From: Chromera velia
Taxonomy: Eukaryota
Length of the DNA stretch: 56,768 bases
Direction: 5' to 3'
Assembly: GCA_018398765.1 (NCBI GenBank)
Contig: JAHBMJ010000133.1
Span: forward strand, 1-56,768
In this document: positions 1-12,600 of the stretch, in pieces
Layout: each line of letters opens with the position of its first letter
Position numbering within the stretch: position 1 is the stretch's first letter
Program-made: the position numbers and the translations under genes
The notes under the pieces: generated by a model
What the model saw: the letters and a program-made list of their open reading frames with translations, nothing else
Databases searched by the model: none
Told to the model about the DNA's origin: nothing

Positions 1-217
1 GAGCCAGTGAAGGGTGTGTCTCTGGTTTCCTGTCTGACGGGAGAGGAAGTCGGGTCAGAAATGTGCTCGGCGTCCTTCTGGGCTGAACACGTGCTCGCTC
101 CTGTCCGCTTTCTGTCCGCTCTTCGGACAGTCGCCGCGTGTGCCGGCAGGGCCACGGACCGCGACTCTCGACCGATTTTTGTTGAGGTCGGCCCCCGCCC
201 CACACTGATCAACATGG
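1..217 (+). repeat. AT-domain coding segment nearly identical to 6957-7173
   Basis: Direct comparison at offset 6956 shows about 3 mismatches in 217 bp. Confidence 0.95.
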
Positions 218-3200
218 CCCGACAGTGCCTTGCTGTCTCTGCCGGTGCGAATAAGCTCCCGTCTGTGATTTCATGGGAATGTTCCCAAGACCCTCAGAGG
301 GACTCTCGGAAGACCTTCCAAGCAGCTGCGGACTCTGTCCTTGCAGCATTGAAGCAGCAGGGAGAGAAGAAGGCAAACACCGGATCGCTGCCCACGGAGG
401 GAAGGGTGGTGCATCATGGGTGGAACCACAAAGCGTGGCCGTGGACTGATGCGGGGCACCCCCTGCTGGGTCCCCTCCGGTCCTCTTCCCCTGCCTGCAT
501 GCCGGGGTCCTTCCGATTTGAGGGGCCCCTCGGTCGTGAGATCTGCTCCCTTCTGGACGATCATCGTGTGTGCGGCCGTGCAGTCGTTCCGGCAGCAGCC
601 ATTTTGGAGGTTGCAGCTGCAGCTGCAGAAGAAGAGGTTAGGTCTCGGCAGCATGAGTTCTCTGAAGGGGGGGTGTCCTCTGTGGTCATACGGGAATTGG
701 CATTTGAGCGTCCCATCCTGCTGCCAGCAGAAACCCAACTCGAGGCTTCCTCCTCTCTCGTGCTCGGTGTGAAAGCCGAAGACGGGGGGTCCTCCGGGTT
801 TCGCGTGTCCGTCTACAGCAAGGAGGAGAACGACAGAGAAGAAGAAGGGGATGAGGACGGTGAAGAGGCAGATGTGGACGAACACGCAGAAGGACAGGTG
901 GTGCCTGTCCCCCCTGCCAACAGGAACGATGGAGGGGCCGAGCGAATCCTTGAAGCTCTGCGGTCCCGCTGTCCCGATGCTGTGCGTGTGGAGCCTGAGG
1001 GCCTCTACAGATTCCTCTTCGAACAGGGCCTAGAGTATGGGCCTAGATTCCGAACCGTTCAATCCCTCAGTGTGTCTCTGACGTCTTCTGCAGAGAGTCC
1101 TCCAGAGGCCCTCTGTCGTCTTGAGGTCCCTTCTCACCTGTCAAATTTTGGGGAGACGGGTTTCCGTCTGCACCCCTCTCTGATTGACGGAGCCCTCCAG
1201 TGTGCGTCCTTCCTCTCCTCAGGAGGGACACCCGAGGCCTCTCAGCAGGGGAAAACCCCGCAACAGCAGAGCGGACAGGCAGTGAAGGAGAACCGACGTC
1301 CCTTCATCCCTGCTTCTGTGGAAGAAGCCCGAATTGACAGAGTCCCTGCGGGCAGACCTCTATGGGCCCATGTGTGTCTCCGAAAGAAGATCGCCACAGA
1401 GTCGGGGGGGTCCATAGCGGATGTCCGTCTGTTCGATGAACAGAGTGGGGCCCAAGTCGGGATACTGGCCGGGGTCCGCTTTCAGAGAGCAGACCTTTCC
1501 AAGGCTCTCCGTCCCCCTCCCCGAGTGCACCGCAATCTTCTCTGGGAAGTTCAGTGGGAGATGCTGAGCATGCCTGAGGGTAGAGCGGAGAACGGACCGG
1601 GGAAAGACCTGACGATAAGCGGGAAACCCATTCTTTTCATCTCATGTCCACATGAAGGAGCAGCGGTCGCCGCTTTCAAGGTGTGTTGGAAATGTTGATG
1701 GGTCCATCCTCGTTTTCAAGCAATGTCTCTTTTAAGTTTTCTTTTTCCTGAGAGTATTCCGTTTGCTTTCGAATCGTTGAGAAAAATGAGTCCTGCACTT
1801 GCTCGTTCAAAGACCGCCTGTTTCTTCTCACGCTCTTTCTTTATCTTTCCCGTTCAGTAGTCTATGTCCCCTTTAGCTTCTCACTGTGATCTAGGACCGT
1901 TTTATCCTCTTCCAGAAAGAAAAGAAAGTCTCCCCTGTCATGGACGATTTCCTCTCTGTGTCCCCTTTCTGCCTGCAGGAAAGACTGCAGTCCTTGCAGG
2001 GGACACGGGGTCATGCAATTCTCCACTTTGGAGACCTGCCTCCACAAAGCGAGCTCGAGTCCCTCCTCGTGGGTGGACGCTTTGCAAGGGTGATTTCCCT
2101 GGCAGGCGCATTCCCCGGCACTGAGGAGGGAGGAGAGGCTGCTGAGGTGTCTGAAGGGATCGCAGAGCTTCTCCAAGTAACCCGAGCTCTGCACTCTGTC
2201 CTCAGCCGCGCGTCGGAGTCGTCAGACTCCTCACCCAGCAGAGACAAGGGGACCGTCACTCCTGTTCTAGTCGTCACACGGGGTGCCTGGTCTCGGCCTC
2301 TGCCCGCCTCTCCTGTCGAAGAGCAGAGGGGAGAAAGACCTGCTGCCAACCCGCTCCGTGCGGGTCTCTGGGGGTTTTGCCGTTCTGCCCGACTGGAGCT
2401 GTGCAAGCTCGGCGTGAGTGAGGTCGCGACGCCTGAGGGGGTGTCGGTTCTCTCTGAGTCCCTTCTTCGATGTGCTGACCTTGAAGGGGTGAGTGCCTCG
2501 GTAGAAGATGGTAAGGGGGGTGGTCTGGTGGGAGAAGTGAGGAGGGTCCTTGAGGGCTTTGCAGTTCATCAGAAAGAGGAAGAGCTTCTCCTCCTCAGAC
2601 TGAGTGAGGAGATGGGAGAGGGACAGACGCTCATGGCACCCCGGTTGCATCCCTCAGACGCCGCACCCAGCCTGACAGAGCGAGGAGGCCCCTGTGAGCT
2701 CACCTTGTCCCCCTCTTACAGCGACGACGACACCCAAACAGCAGCAGCCTTGCGGACCCGCGTTCAGGGTCTTCGAAGGGAACCTGCTGAGGCCCCTCTG
2801 CCGTCTCCAGAGGAGATAGAGGTCCGTCTCCGGGCAGTCTTCCTGTCGAGAGACAGCCTTGAATCCCTAAAACTGGTGTCCGGAAGAAAGCTGAGCGGAC
2901 ACACGACGGTGAAGATCCCTTTTGCCGGGACCGTTGTTCAGTCCGGCCCGTCGGTTGCGGGTCTGAAGGGGGGAGATGACGTGACAGGTTTTCTGTCCGT
3001 AACGCTTTCCGAGGGCCTCCGTCTGCCCTCCCACTGCAAGGCGCCCGCAAGTGAGTGCATGAAGGCGCCAGAGAGCATCCTGCTTGAGGACGCTTGCATC
3101 CCTGCAGACTCCAGTAGGCACAGAACTGTGCGTGTTAGCGTGGGGGAACAGGCAGTCGGAGAGTTGGATCGTGCAGTGGAGGGGGTCCTGTCGGGTGACT

Positions 3201-6200
3201 CTGGAGATTCTCTCTTGTTCCAATTCCCCTCTGCAGTGGGAGAGGATTCGGTCAGGGTGCGGGACGGTGCCGTGGCCGTGACAGGCGGATTTGGGGCGCT
3301 GGGGCTTCTTGTTGCCCGCTGGCTCGTGGAAGAGGGGGTGAAGAGACTCGTGTTGGTGTCACGAAGGGGAGAGCCTGACAAGGTCACCCGAGAAAGTGAG
3401 ACCTTCAGGTGGTTGAGTTCCTCGTCCGCTCGGGTGATTCCATTCCGTTGCGATGTGGCCAGGGGGACAGAGTGCAAGCGCCTTGTAGAGGGGATCCGGG
3501 ACCTCCGCGGCATTGTGCATGCAGCAGGAGTGCTGGAGGACGGGTCGATACCCCAGCAAGACTCCGACAAGCTTCGGAGAGTCTTCGCAGGGAAGGCAGA
3601 GGGGGCGTGGAATCTCCACAGAGCCTCTGAGGCTTCAGGAGTGCGTCTCGATTTTTTCGTGCTTTTCTCCTCTGTTGTCGGGTTGCTGGGAAACTTTGGG
3701 CAAAGCGGATATGGAGCTGCGAACGCGGCTCTGGATGCTCTGGCTGAGTACAGGAGAGCCCGGGGTCTCTCGGCGCATTCGATCCAGTGGGGTCCCTGGA
3801 GGGAGCAGGGGATGGGAGCGGGGGGAGTGGCCGCTGCGCACTTTGAGAGGTCGGGCATGCCCGCGGTTTCTAACGGAGTTGGGCTCTCGGTTCTTTCCGG
3901 GGTCGTGCGGTCCTCCTCTGCCGTCGTCGTGTGCTGCCAGGAACTCAAGTGGAATAAGTTCCTTCAAAGGTAGGTTAGGTGTGTTGGTGTGTTGGAGGCA
4001 AGGGAGGAAGGAAGAAAAAGAGAAAGGGAAAAGAAACGATTCCTTCTTCCAAACAGAACGAATCAAGCAAGCAAGAGGCAAACACATGCACCGCTGTGCT
4101 TTCGTTGTTTTTTTATTCCCGTTTCGTTTCGTTTCCTTCTCTCGTCAGAGAAAGGCCGGATGGAAGTTTCGGGTCTCTTTCGAGGCTTTAGTAAAGCGTC
4201 GAGAGGAGAGGCACAGAGTAAGTGCGCGACGCTCAAATTCCTCTTCGCATTCTCTGTTTGTCGTGTCTGGCAGGTAAATTCCGTTCGAGGGAAGCAAGTA
4301 CATGCGGCACTTTGGCGTTTGACAAATCATCGGTTTTTGTGTATGTTTTTCTTTTAATTGTGCGTGCAGATATGGGCAGACACCAGCTCTTCTGGAAAGA
4401 GCGGCTCCTGCTGTCACCCAGAAAAAAGCAGCAATTGCTGACTGCTCCACTCAGTCCTCCCCTCTGTCCTCTCTTCCTGAGGAGGAGCTCAGACAGCACG
4501 TCTCGAATGTTGTCGTGGAGACGGCCGCTGACATTCTCGGGAGGGGGGCAGGGGAACTTCCCCTTGATGCGCCTCTGCAGCAGCTGGGAGTGGACTCTCT
4601 TGCCGCAGTAGAAATGCGCAACGCCCTGGCTTCGAAGCTGGCGCCTGTGCGTCTGCCTGCCACCGCCCTCTTTGACTACCCCACTCTGTCTGCCGTGATC
4701 GGGTTCAACATTCGGAAGCTCCGAGAGCTCGCTCCTGTGTCCACTCCCTCTTCTGCCACCACCGCAGAGTCCTCTGTTGGCATTCGCGTCGAACTTGAAG
4801 GCGTCCCCCGAGATGACGGGCGGCCGTCCTCCCTCATGGGAGTTCCTCTGTCCCTTCTGCCTTCAGGCAGCAGCCTCTCCATGTCCTCCGAACTTGGCCT
4901 TGCTGTTACTGGCATGGCATGTCGATTTCCCGGAGGAGTGACGAGTCCAGATGAGTTCTGGGAGATGATGGAAAGGAAAGCAGACTGCATGGGCCCCATA
5001 CCCGCCTCCAGATGGAACCACTCAGAGTGGTTTGACCCTGAGGCGGGGTCTCCGGGTGTCTCGTACTACATGCAGGAGGCAGCATTCTTGGAGGGGGGGG
5101 AGAAATTCGACAATGACTTCTTCGGAATTCCCGCCGTTGAGGTCCCCTCGATGGATCCACAACAGAGAGTCATGATGGAGGTCGCACAGGAGGCCTTTGA
5201 CTCGGCCCGTTTCTCAGCAGACTGGTTGCGTGACCGCAATGTCGGAGTGTACATCGGAGTGTTCAATCACGACTGGCACCTGGTCACGCAGGATACAGGC
5301 AGTCTGCGCTCCTCTGCCTTCACTGCCACCGGCACGTACGCCAACGTCATTGCCAACCGCGTCTCGTTCTTCTTCGGAACGCGCGGCCCCTCGATGGCAA
5401 TCGACACTGCTTGTTCGGCGTCGCTGGTTGCGCTCGACCTTGGAGTGCAGCAGCTTCGCTCGCATGGATCTGAAGCAGCCCTCTGCGGGGGGGTCAACAT
5501 GATGCTCTCCCCTCAAGCCTTTGTTGCGTGTTGCAAAGCACGGATGCTCTCTGCAGAGAGCAGGTGCAAGACGTTCGATGAAAATGCGAACGGGTACGCA
5601 CGAGGAGAGGGCTGTGGGGCGGTTGTCCTCAAATTGCTTCACAGGGCAGTTCGGGACGGTGACCCGGTCAGAGCGGTGGTCAGAGGCAGCGCTTCGAACC
5701 ACGTGGGACGGTCCATGTCCCTCACGGCCCCCAACGGCCCCGCACAGGTCGAGTGCATTCAGAGGGCTTTGAACACTGGGGGGGTCCGGGCGTCTGAGGT
5801 TTCGTTTGTGGAGACTCACGGCACCGGCACCTCTCTCGGAGACCCGATTGAAATGGGGGCGCTAAGGGAGGTGTATGGTGAGGGGAGACGTTCCGACAGT
5901 CCCCTCGTTTTGGGGGCTGTGAAGACGAACATCGGTCACCTGGAGGGGGCGGCGGGTATTGCGGGTTTCATCAAGCTCGTGCTGGTGCTTCAGCATCGGT
6001 CGGCGCCCCCGAACCTGCACCTCAAGACTCTGAACCCTCACCTGGACGTCGATGGATTCCCCGTCGTGTTCCCGAAAGAGAAAACGGCCCTCTCCTCCGG
6101 ATTGGTGGAAAGGGAAGGGGGGGCTCTGCTCGGTGCCGTCTCGTCCTTCGGCTTCGGGGGGGCAAACGCGCACGTGGTCGTGGAGGGACGGCCTGCCCCC

Positions 6201-9200
6201 CCGGCAGAAGCAGCACCTTCCTCTGAGAGTAGTGCCAAGCCGTTCGTTGTGTTTCTGTTCACAGGGCAAGGATCACAGTCTATTGGGATGGGGAAAGGCC
6301 TGTTCGAGTCTGAACCCGTCTTCCGCCGCGCGCTAGAGCGTTGCGCAGGTGTGCTTGACCCTCTGCTTTCGATTCCGCTCCTCGCGCTTCTGTACCCTCC
6401 AGAGGGGTCTTCGAAGGAGAAGAGTGAGGCAGTGCTGAACGAGACACAGAACGCTCAGCCAGCTCTGTTTGCGTTAGAGTGGGCGTTGTTTGAGTTGTGG
6501 AGGTCGCGGGGGGTGGAGCCCTCTGCAGTGATGGGACACTCCCTTGGTGAGTTGGTAGCAGCGACGGCGGCAGGGGTGATGCGGTTGGAGGATGCGCTCT
6601 GGCTGGTTGCCGAGCGTGCGCGTGTGATGGCTGCGAGTCCGAAAAACGGGGGGGTGATGGTCGCCTGCAGGTCTTCTGCGGGTGAGTTTGAGAGTGCCCT
6701 CTCGTCGGTTGAAGCGAGCCCAGGGTCGGGGTGTGCCGATGTCCGTCAGCACGTGTCGCTTGCCGCTGAGAACGGCCCACAGAGTATTGTGGTGTCGGGT
6801 CGGGAGGCAGAGGTGGAGTTGGTGATCGGTGCTCTCGGGCAGACGGGCCGTGCTCGGCGGCTGAGAGTGTCTCACGCGTTCCACTCACCCTTGATGGCTG
6901 AGGCTGCGGGTCGTTTCGGTAAGGCGGTGGAGGAAAAGGGGGAAGCGGTTCTGAGTGAGCCAGTGAAGGGTGTGTCTCTGGTTTCCTGTCTGACGGGAGA
7001 GGAAGTCGGGTCAGAAATGTGCTCGGCGTCCTTCTGGGCTGAACACGTGCTCGCTCCTGTCCGCTTTCTGTCCGCTCTTCGGACAGTCGCCGCGTGTGCC
7101 GGCAGGGCCACGGACAGCGACTCTCGACTGATTTTTGTTGAGGTCGGCCCCCGCCCGACACTGATCAACATGGGCAGGAGGGGTGTTCCCTTCTCTCCCT
7201 CCACTGAAAGTTTCTGGTTCTCGTCCCTCGACCCTTCTGCTGGTCAGACTGCTGAGGGGGGCTCGGATGTATTCCACATTGCCTGCAAGAGCGTCGTTGC
7301 TCAGACGCAGCAGAGGAGTCCACAGTCACAGTCGACAAGAAAGTGGAACCACAAGGCCTGGCCCTGGCCGCCAGTCAGGCACCCTTCAGTGATGTCTGGC
7401 AGCAGAAGTGCTTCCTCTGTTCCTGTCTCTGCCCGTGACTCATTTGACCCCAGCAATGTGGGGGTTGGGACTGGAGATGCGGTTGCCCGTGGTGTGTCAC
7501 AAATTGTGGTGGAGACAGCGACAGAGATTCTGGGGAGGGAGGTAGGGGAAGGAGAGACGGCGCTTCCCCTCGATGCGCCTCTGCAGCAGCTGGGATTGGA
7601 CTCTCTTGCCGCAGTAGAAATGCGCAATGCCCTAGCTTCGAAGCTGGCGCCTGTTCGTCTCCCGGCAGCGTTTGTCTCCGAACAGCCCACGCTTTCCGCC
7701 CTGTCAGATTTCCTCACAGAAAGAGTGCGCGAGAGCGCATCCAGCCGTGCAGCATCCGAGCGCCCTCCTGAAGATGGGAATGAAAAGGGGGAGAAAGTGG
7801 GTGGAGACCTGTTGGAGGAGAAGGAAACAGAGACCCGTCCGCTTTCAATGGAAACACTCAAAGGGCAAGAGAAGGGAGGGGAGTCTCTCTCAGGCTTCCG
7901 CAAAGAGTTTGAAATCCCTCTCTGTGCAAAGGAGCATCTGGGTTCTGGGTGGAGGCGGGTGGTTCCTCCCTTTGTCAAAAATCTCTTTTTCCCTCTTTAC
8001 ACAAGGTAGGTGAGTCAGTCAGTGGTTCAGTGAAGAGTGCGTGCGTGTGTGTGTGTGTGTGTGTGTGTGAATGAGTAAGTGGGCGAGTAAGTGATTGAGG
8101 GAGGACCTGCAGAAAGGAAACAGATGGTCCTTTTTGAGTCATCCTCCATCCTGCCAAACCGAAACCGTGGCTGCCGTTTCGTTTGTTTGTTTGTCTTCTT
8201 CAACCTTGCAGCGTATGTGATGAGTATACGTCTCCACAAAACGGAGATGTTCAAGTGAGAGGGCGTCGAACGAGCTGCGATTACTCAAACTTCATTATTG
8301 TACACTTGACTAATGGGCACGCTGTCTGTTTTGTTCTCTTAATTTTGATTCGATGCAGGTGCTACTACGCTGCCATCCTGGAGTTTCATCTGAGGTTCCA
8401 TGAGAGGGAAGTCGACCCTCTCGCCCTTCGGCGTGTGTTGGTGCGGCTGTTCGAGGAGCATCCCATTCTCCGTGCGAGAGTGAAGAAGTTGAAGGGAACC
8501 CGAACAGTGAGGCAGTGGTGTGCGCATGTGCCTGACGAAGCAGAGGTGATAGAGGAGAGAGACGTCAACAGAGACCTGCCCTTCAGAGTCCTCGACCAAG
8601 AGGACAGATGGGATCGCGTCAGGACACAGCAGAGGAAAGCGATCAGTTCACTAGACCATCTCTTGTGCGCGTTCACACTCGTACTTCCCACCAGCACTCT
8701 GCACATCAACATTCATCATGCAATCGCCGATTTGCACACGGTGATTCTCCTTGCCCGTTCCATTGCCGGCCTGTACGCACGTGCCGTTCACCCCTCCCGT
8801 CAGAGAGGGAGAACAGGACAGAGACGATTGCCCGACCTACCGCGGCCCGAGGAGACGTTCGTCGGCCGTGTGACCGAGTGGCAGAGAGAGAGCGCACCCC
8901 ATCCCATTCCCCCCTCATGGACCATCAACAAGAAAACGCATTTCGGGATCAAACCGAACATGCCCACCCGGTTCTTCATGCCCGCCAACTCGATGAGATG
9001 CTTTGAGAGTTTCGGTCCTCTCAGTGTCCCGAGTGTCGTCCAGTCACTCCAGCAGACTTCTTCTGCCCCCTCAGCAGGAGGAGGCCGCCTCACGTGGAGA
9101 ATTCTAATGATGACCGTGTGGCTAAAAGCAATCAAACGCCACACAGGCAGACACTCCAAGATGGTGGTTGATGAAGTAGTGGACCCCCGCAGTTTCGACT

Positions 9201-9676
9201 GGCTGCCCCCCGAGTTTACAGCGACCTGGGGGTCTCTCGCTACTGTGGTGCAGTGGGAGCTTGAGTATGACGAGACGGCGAGCGTGATTGAGAACGCACG
9301 CAGGGTGGCAGAGAGTCTCAAGGCCCAGGCAGAATCTGCACCGGTCTGGCAGAAGGCGTTTGGGTGGGCCAATGGACGCCTGGGGCGGTCTGAGGGATGG
9401 ATCTTCAATTTTTTTGAGATCCCCGATCTGTCTCGACTCGGAGTTTCCCTTGAGTCTCGCACCCCCCCACTCTGGTCGGGATTTCACCAGAGAGACCGAT
9501 CGTTGGAAGTATGGATGACACCTCCTGAGAGTGTTGGTCGAGGGCGGTCTTTGAGCTTCAAGATTCTGTTCGATGCGATCAATTTCACACGTCGGAGAGT
9601 GCGTCGATTCGGAGACGTGCTCGCGCAGGAGATTCTCAACTTCGATGCTCAGGTGGCAACACAAGGGCGAGAATGA
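1..9676 (+). CDS. Modular type I polyketide synthase, 5'-truncated by the window. Domains: AT(part)-DH-degenerate ER-KR-ACP-KS-AT-ACP-condensation domain. Exons <1-1680, 1979-3969, 4370-8005, 8359-9676
   Basis: Three GT-AG introns (1681-1978 phase 0; 3970-4369 and 8006-8358 phase 2) join four long ORFs in frame. Motifs: DH HRVCGRAVVP and DGALQ; KR GGFGALG, HAAGVLEDG, YGAAN; ACP LGVDSL and LGLDSL; KS DTACSAS, HGTGT, KTNIGHLE; AT GHSLG and HAFH (malonyl-type); C domain HPILRARV and HHAIAD. Confidence 0.93.
4557..4660 (+). repeat. ACP coding segment duplicated at about 7563-7667
   Basis: LPLDAPLQQLG(V/L)DSLAAVEMRNALASKLAPVRLPA shared, with few nucleotide differences. Confidence 0.9.
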
Positions 9677-12600
9677 GGAGACAGTCAATGAGAGAAGAAA
9701 GAGAATGTCTGAAATTCCGATGGACGTTCACTGACTGATTCTATTGCGATTTTATTCTTTCCTTCCTTCCCCATCGGTGTATGTGTCCTCTGCCATGTAA
9801 AGATGGGGAGATGGACAACCGCACTGACTGACTGTATATATTTTTGTTTTCTGACAGACAGACAGACGAGAGCTGATGGGTTTGAAGAAACGAAGGAAAG
9901 AAAGAAGGCATGAGAGACGTTAAGGAAGGAATATCTCTCTCTATTCAGACAACGACCTCACCCTGCCTCACATTGCTCGTGGTGGTCTCTTGCTTCATCC
10001 CCTTCTGAATGAAATTATGCATGCGTCGATGTTTGTTTCGGTCTGTGCATTTTTTCTCCTTTTCCTTATTTGTCGAAAGTCTCAGTTTGCTCTTTTTTTT
10101 ATTCTTTGCGTTTGTCCGAGGGGCCCTTGATCCTCGCAGAAAGGAACAGAAAATACAGGAGGAAAGGAAAGGAACGCCCTGCTTCTGTTTGTGTTAACGT
10201 AACACAGGAAGTATGCGGCTACCGACCCGAAAGTTGGTTTGTGTTCGTTTCATTTTGGGTTTGTGCATGCATGCATGAATTGGAAGACACTCAAAGAAGA
10301 GAAAACAAACGGGTTTTATTTGCACCCACAAAACACTGAATAAACACACACGCCAGGCACGGAGTCGTCTTCCTGCCTGTCTTTCTCCGTACTTTCTTTC
10401 TGGCAAGCATCCTGACAAATATTTGCGGGAGTGCCGCGCTCTCCTGCTGCGTCGTTGCTTGCTAGCCTGCATTGCATTGAACCCTTCCTTCCTGACTGTT
10501 TCTTTCTTTCATTCATTGACTTCACCTCCTTTCTTTTTCCTTTTCCTTTTCCTTTTCGCTCCCCTGTAGAAGGGATTGGCATGGACAGAGGGAAAGAAAG
10601 AAGGAGATGGATCATTTTGATACACTTCCTTCCTTGTCGTATTTGTTCATTTCATTCGTCTCTCTCCACCATTCCCTTTCTCTTCTTCTTTCCCTTTTCC
10701 TTTTCCTACAAGAATTCCTCCGATACATCTGAGCACTACGTGTGCAAAAGAAATTCAATGGTGCGCTTGTAGGAAGAAAAGAAAGAAAAACAGGGATCGC
10801 GCAACCTGTCTGGCCGAGAAGCTAAAAGGCCAAGTGAGAGGGTAGCGATACTGAAGAGGAAGAAGGAAAGAGAGATCTGCTGTGGAGGCCGAGACCGCGT
10901 CTTGGCCCTCCTTTACAAGTTTCGCTTCAGAAAATTTCCCCATTCATTCGAAAAGACAATGAAAAGAAAGTCAGGGTGTGATTGTAAGAGAGGTCAGAAA
11001 GACAGCCGGACCTCTGCAAGACAATGGATGAATGACTGAATGAAAAACTTCGAATGAACCAAGGCAAAAGAAACAAAAAGAAGAGGAAAAGTCTCTGTCG
11101 TGGAAGAATAATTGGACCTGCTCTTGAACGCGAAGAAGAAGAAGAAGTGAATGAAAGAAGGAAAGAAAGAGCCATTTTGCACAAGATCGTCCGTGTTTGT
11201 GCTTGATATTCTACTATCTCCGTCTTTTCTGCTTCCCCCCCTCCCTTCGCTTGCTAATATTACAGTGGCGCTCCGGAGACGCCTCCCGGAGACTCCGCTA
11301 TCTGTCTGCATGCCTGCCTGTTTCCTCCGTGTCCATGTCACGCATATGTTTGTGTGCATGCGAAGGAAGACGGAGAGGAAGAGTGAGTGCGTGTACTTGA
11401 TATTGATAAATGAAGAGAAGGATGCTTGGCCAAATGAAAATGAAAAAGACAGAAAGGAAGGGTTCGTGAACACACCCCCACTGACAGAAAGGAGAGGCGG
11501 GGCAACAAAGAGACATCGATCGACCATGCGTCCCCACAATGCGCAAAAGTAAAGAAGCATGGAGGAATGAAATGAATAGATAAATGAATGTCCTTCCTGC
11601 ACGCGGGATCAAATTCTCTTTTCCTCCTTGCGGATTAGAGAGAGGGAGTGGCTCTCTTGTTCTTCTCATTCGTGCTGAGCTTATTTGATTCTCCCGTTCT
11701 TTCTTATGCGCGCGTGCCCTGAAGGGATCATTTTGTGGCCGCATGCATCTTTCCCTTGTCTTGTTCTGTTTTGGAACGCGGAGAGCCAAGAAGGGAGAAA
11801 GCCCGATGTAGCCAGCTGACTGATCGAGTGATCAATCAGCCAGGAAGAAGGAAAGAAAAAAAGAGAGAGAGAAAGAAAGAAAGAAAGAAAGCCGGCAGAT
11901 GCCTCTCACTCTCTTCATACTAATACACTCCCACTGTGTGTGTGTCATGGCGACGGGTCGAGGGTTCATCGGTCTTTCATTCCATCTGACTGACTGACTG
12001 TAATCCTTACATCCTTACATGCTCTTCTCTAGGGAGGGCAAATCGAGAACGAGAGATGCCTCCAGGGAGAGGAGAGGACTTTATTTCGTTCTTTCTTGCT
12101 TTCTTTCTGTTTGGCGGGGGACCTCTTTCTCTTTCTTCTCTGCTCTCGTTCTGTCAATGTTCGTCTTTTGTGCCGTCCGGAAGCTGCGTGTGTTTCTTTC
12201 TTTCATGCGCGCGCTGCCGACGTGCATCGATCGATGGTCTGCCCCCCCTTGCCTACTGATTGCATTTGCATGTGAAAGAAAGAAAGAAAGCGATGGAGTC
12301 TGACATTCGCGCTTCTACAGTCAAGTTGGCCTGAGGAGAGAGGGAGAACATGCAAATGAACTCTGCATGAAGGCAGGCAGGAAGGAAGGAAGCAACTGCT
12401 TGCAGAAGGAAATGAAGGGGGAGGGAGAGAGAGAGAGAGAGAAGAAAGGGAATTTATTAATGCATGATTGATCTGCCAGTGTGGACAAGCCCCTCAGGGT
12501 CTGTTTTCGTTGATTGTTTTCTTCTCTCTTGCTGCTTCCATGTGGACGTCCAACTGTCAGTCTGTCAGTCTGTTCAAACGACTCTATTCATTGATGCATT

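Noticed and set aside
271..9688. Antisense and alternate-frame ORFs over the PKS
   Set aside because: Shadow ORFs of GC-rich coding sequence with no motifs
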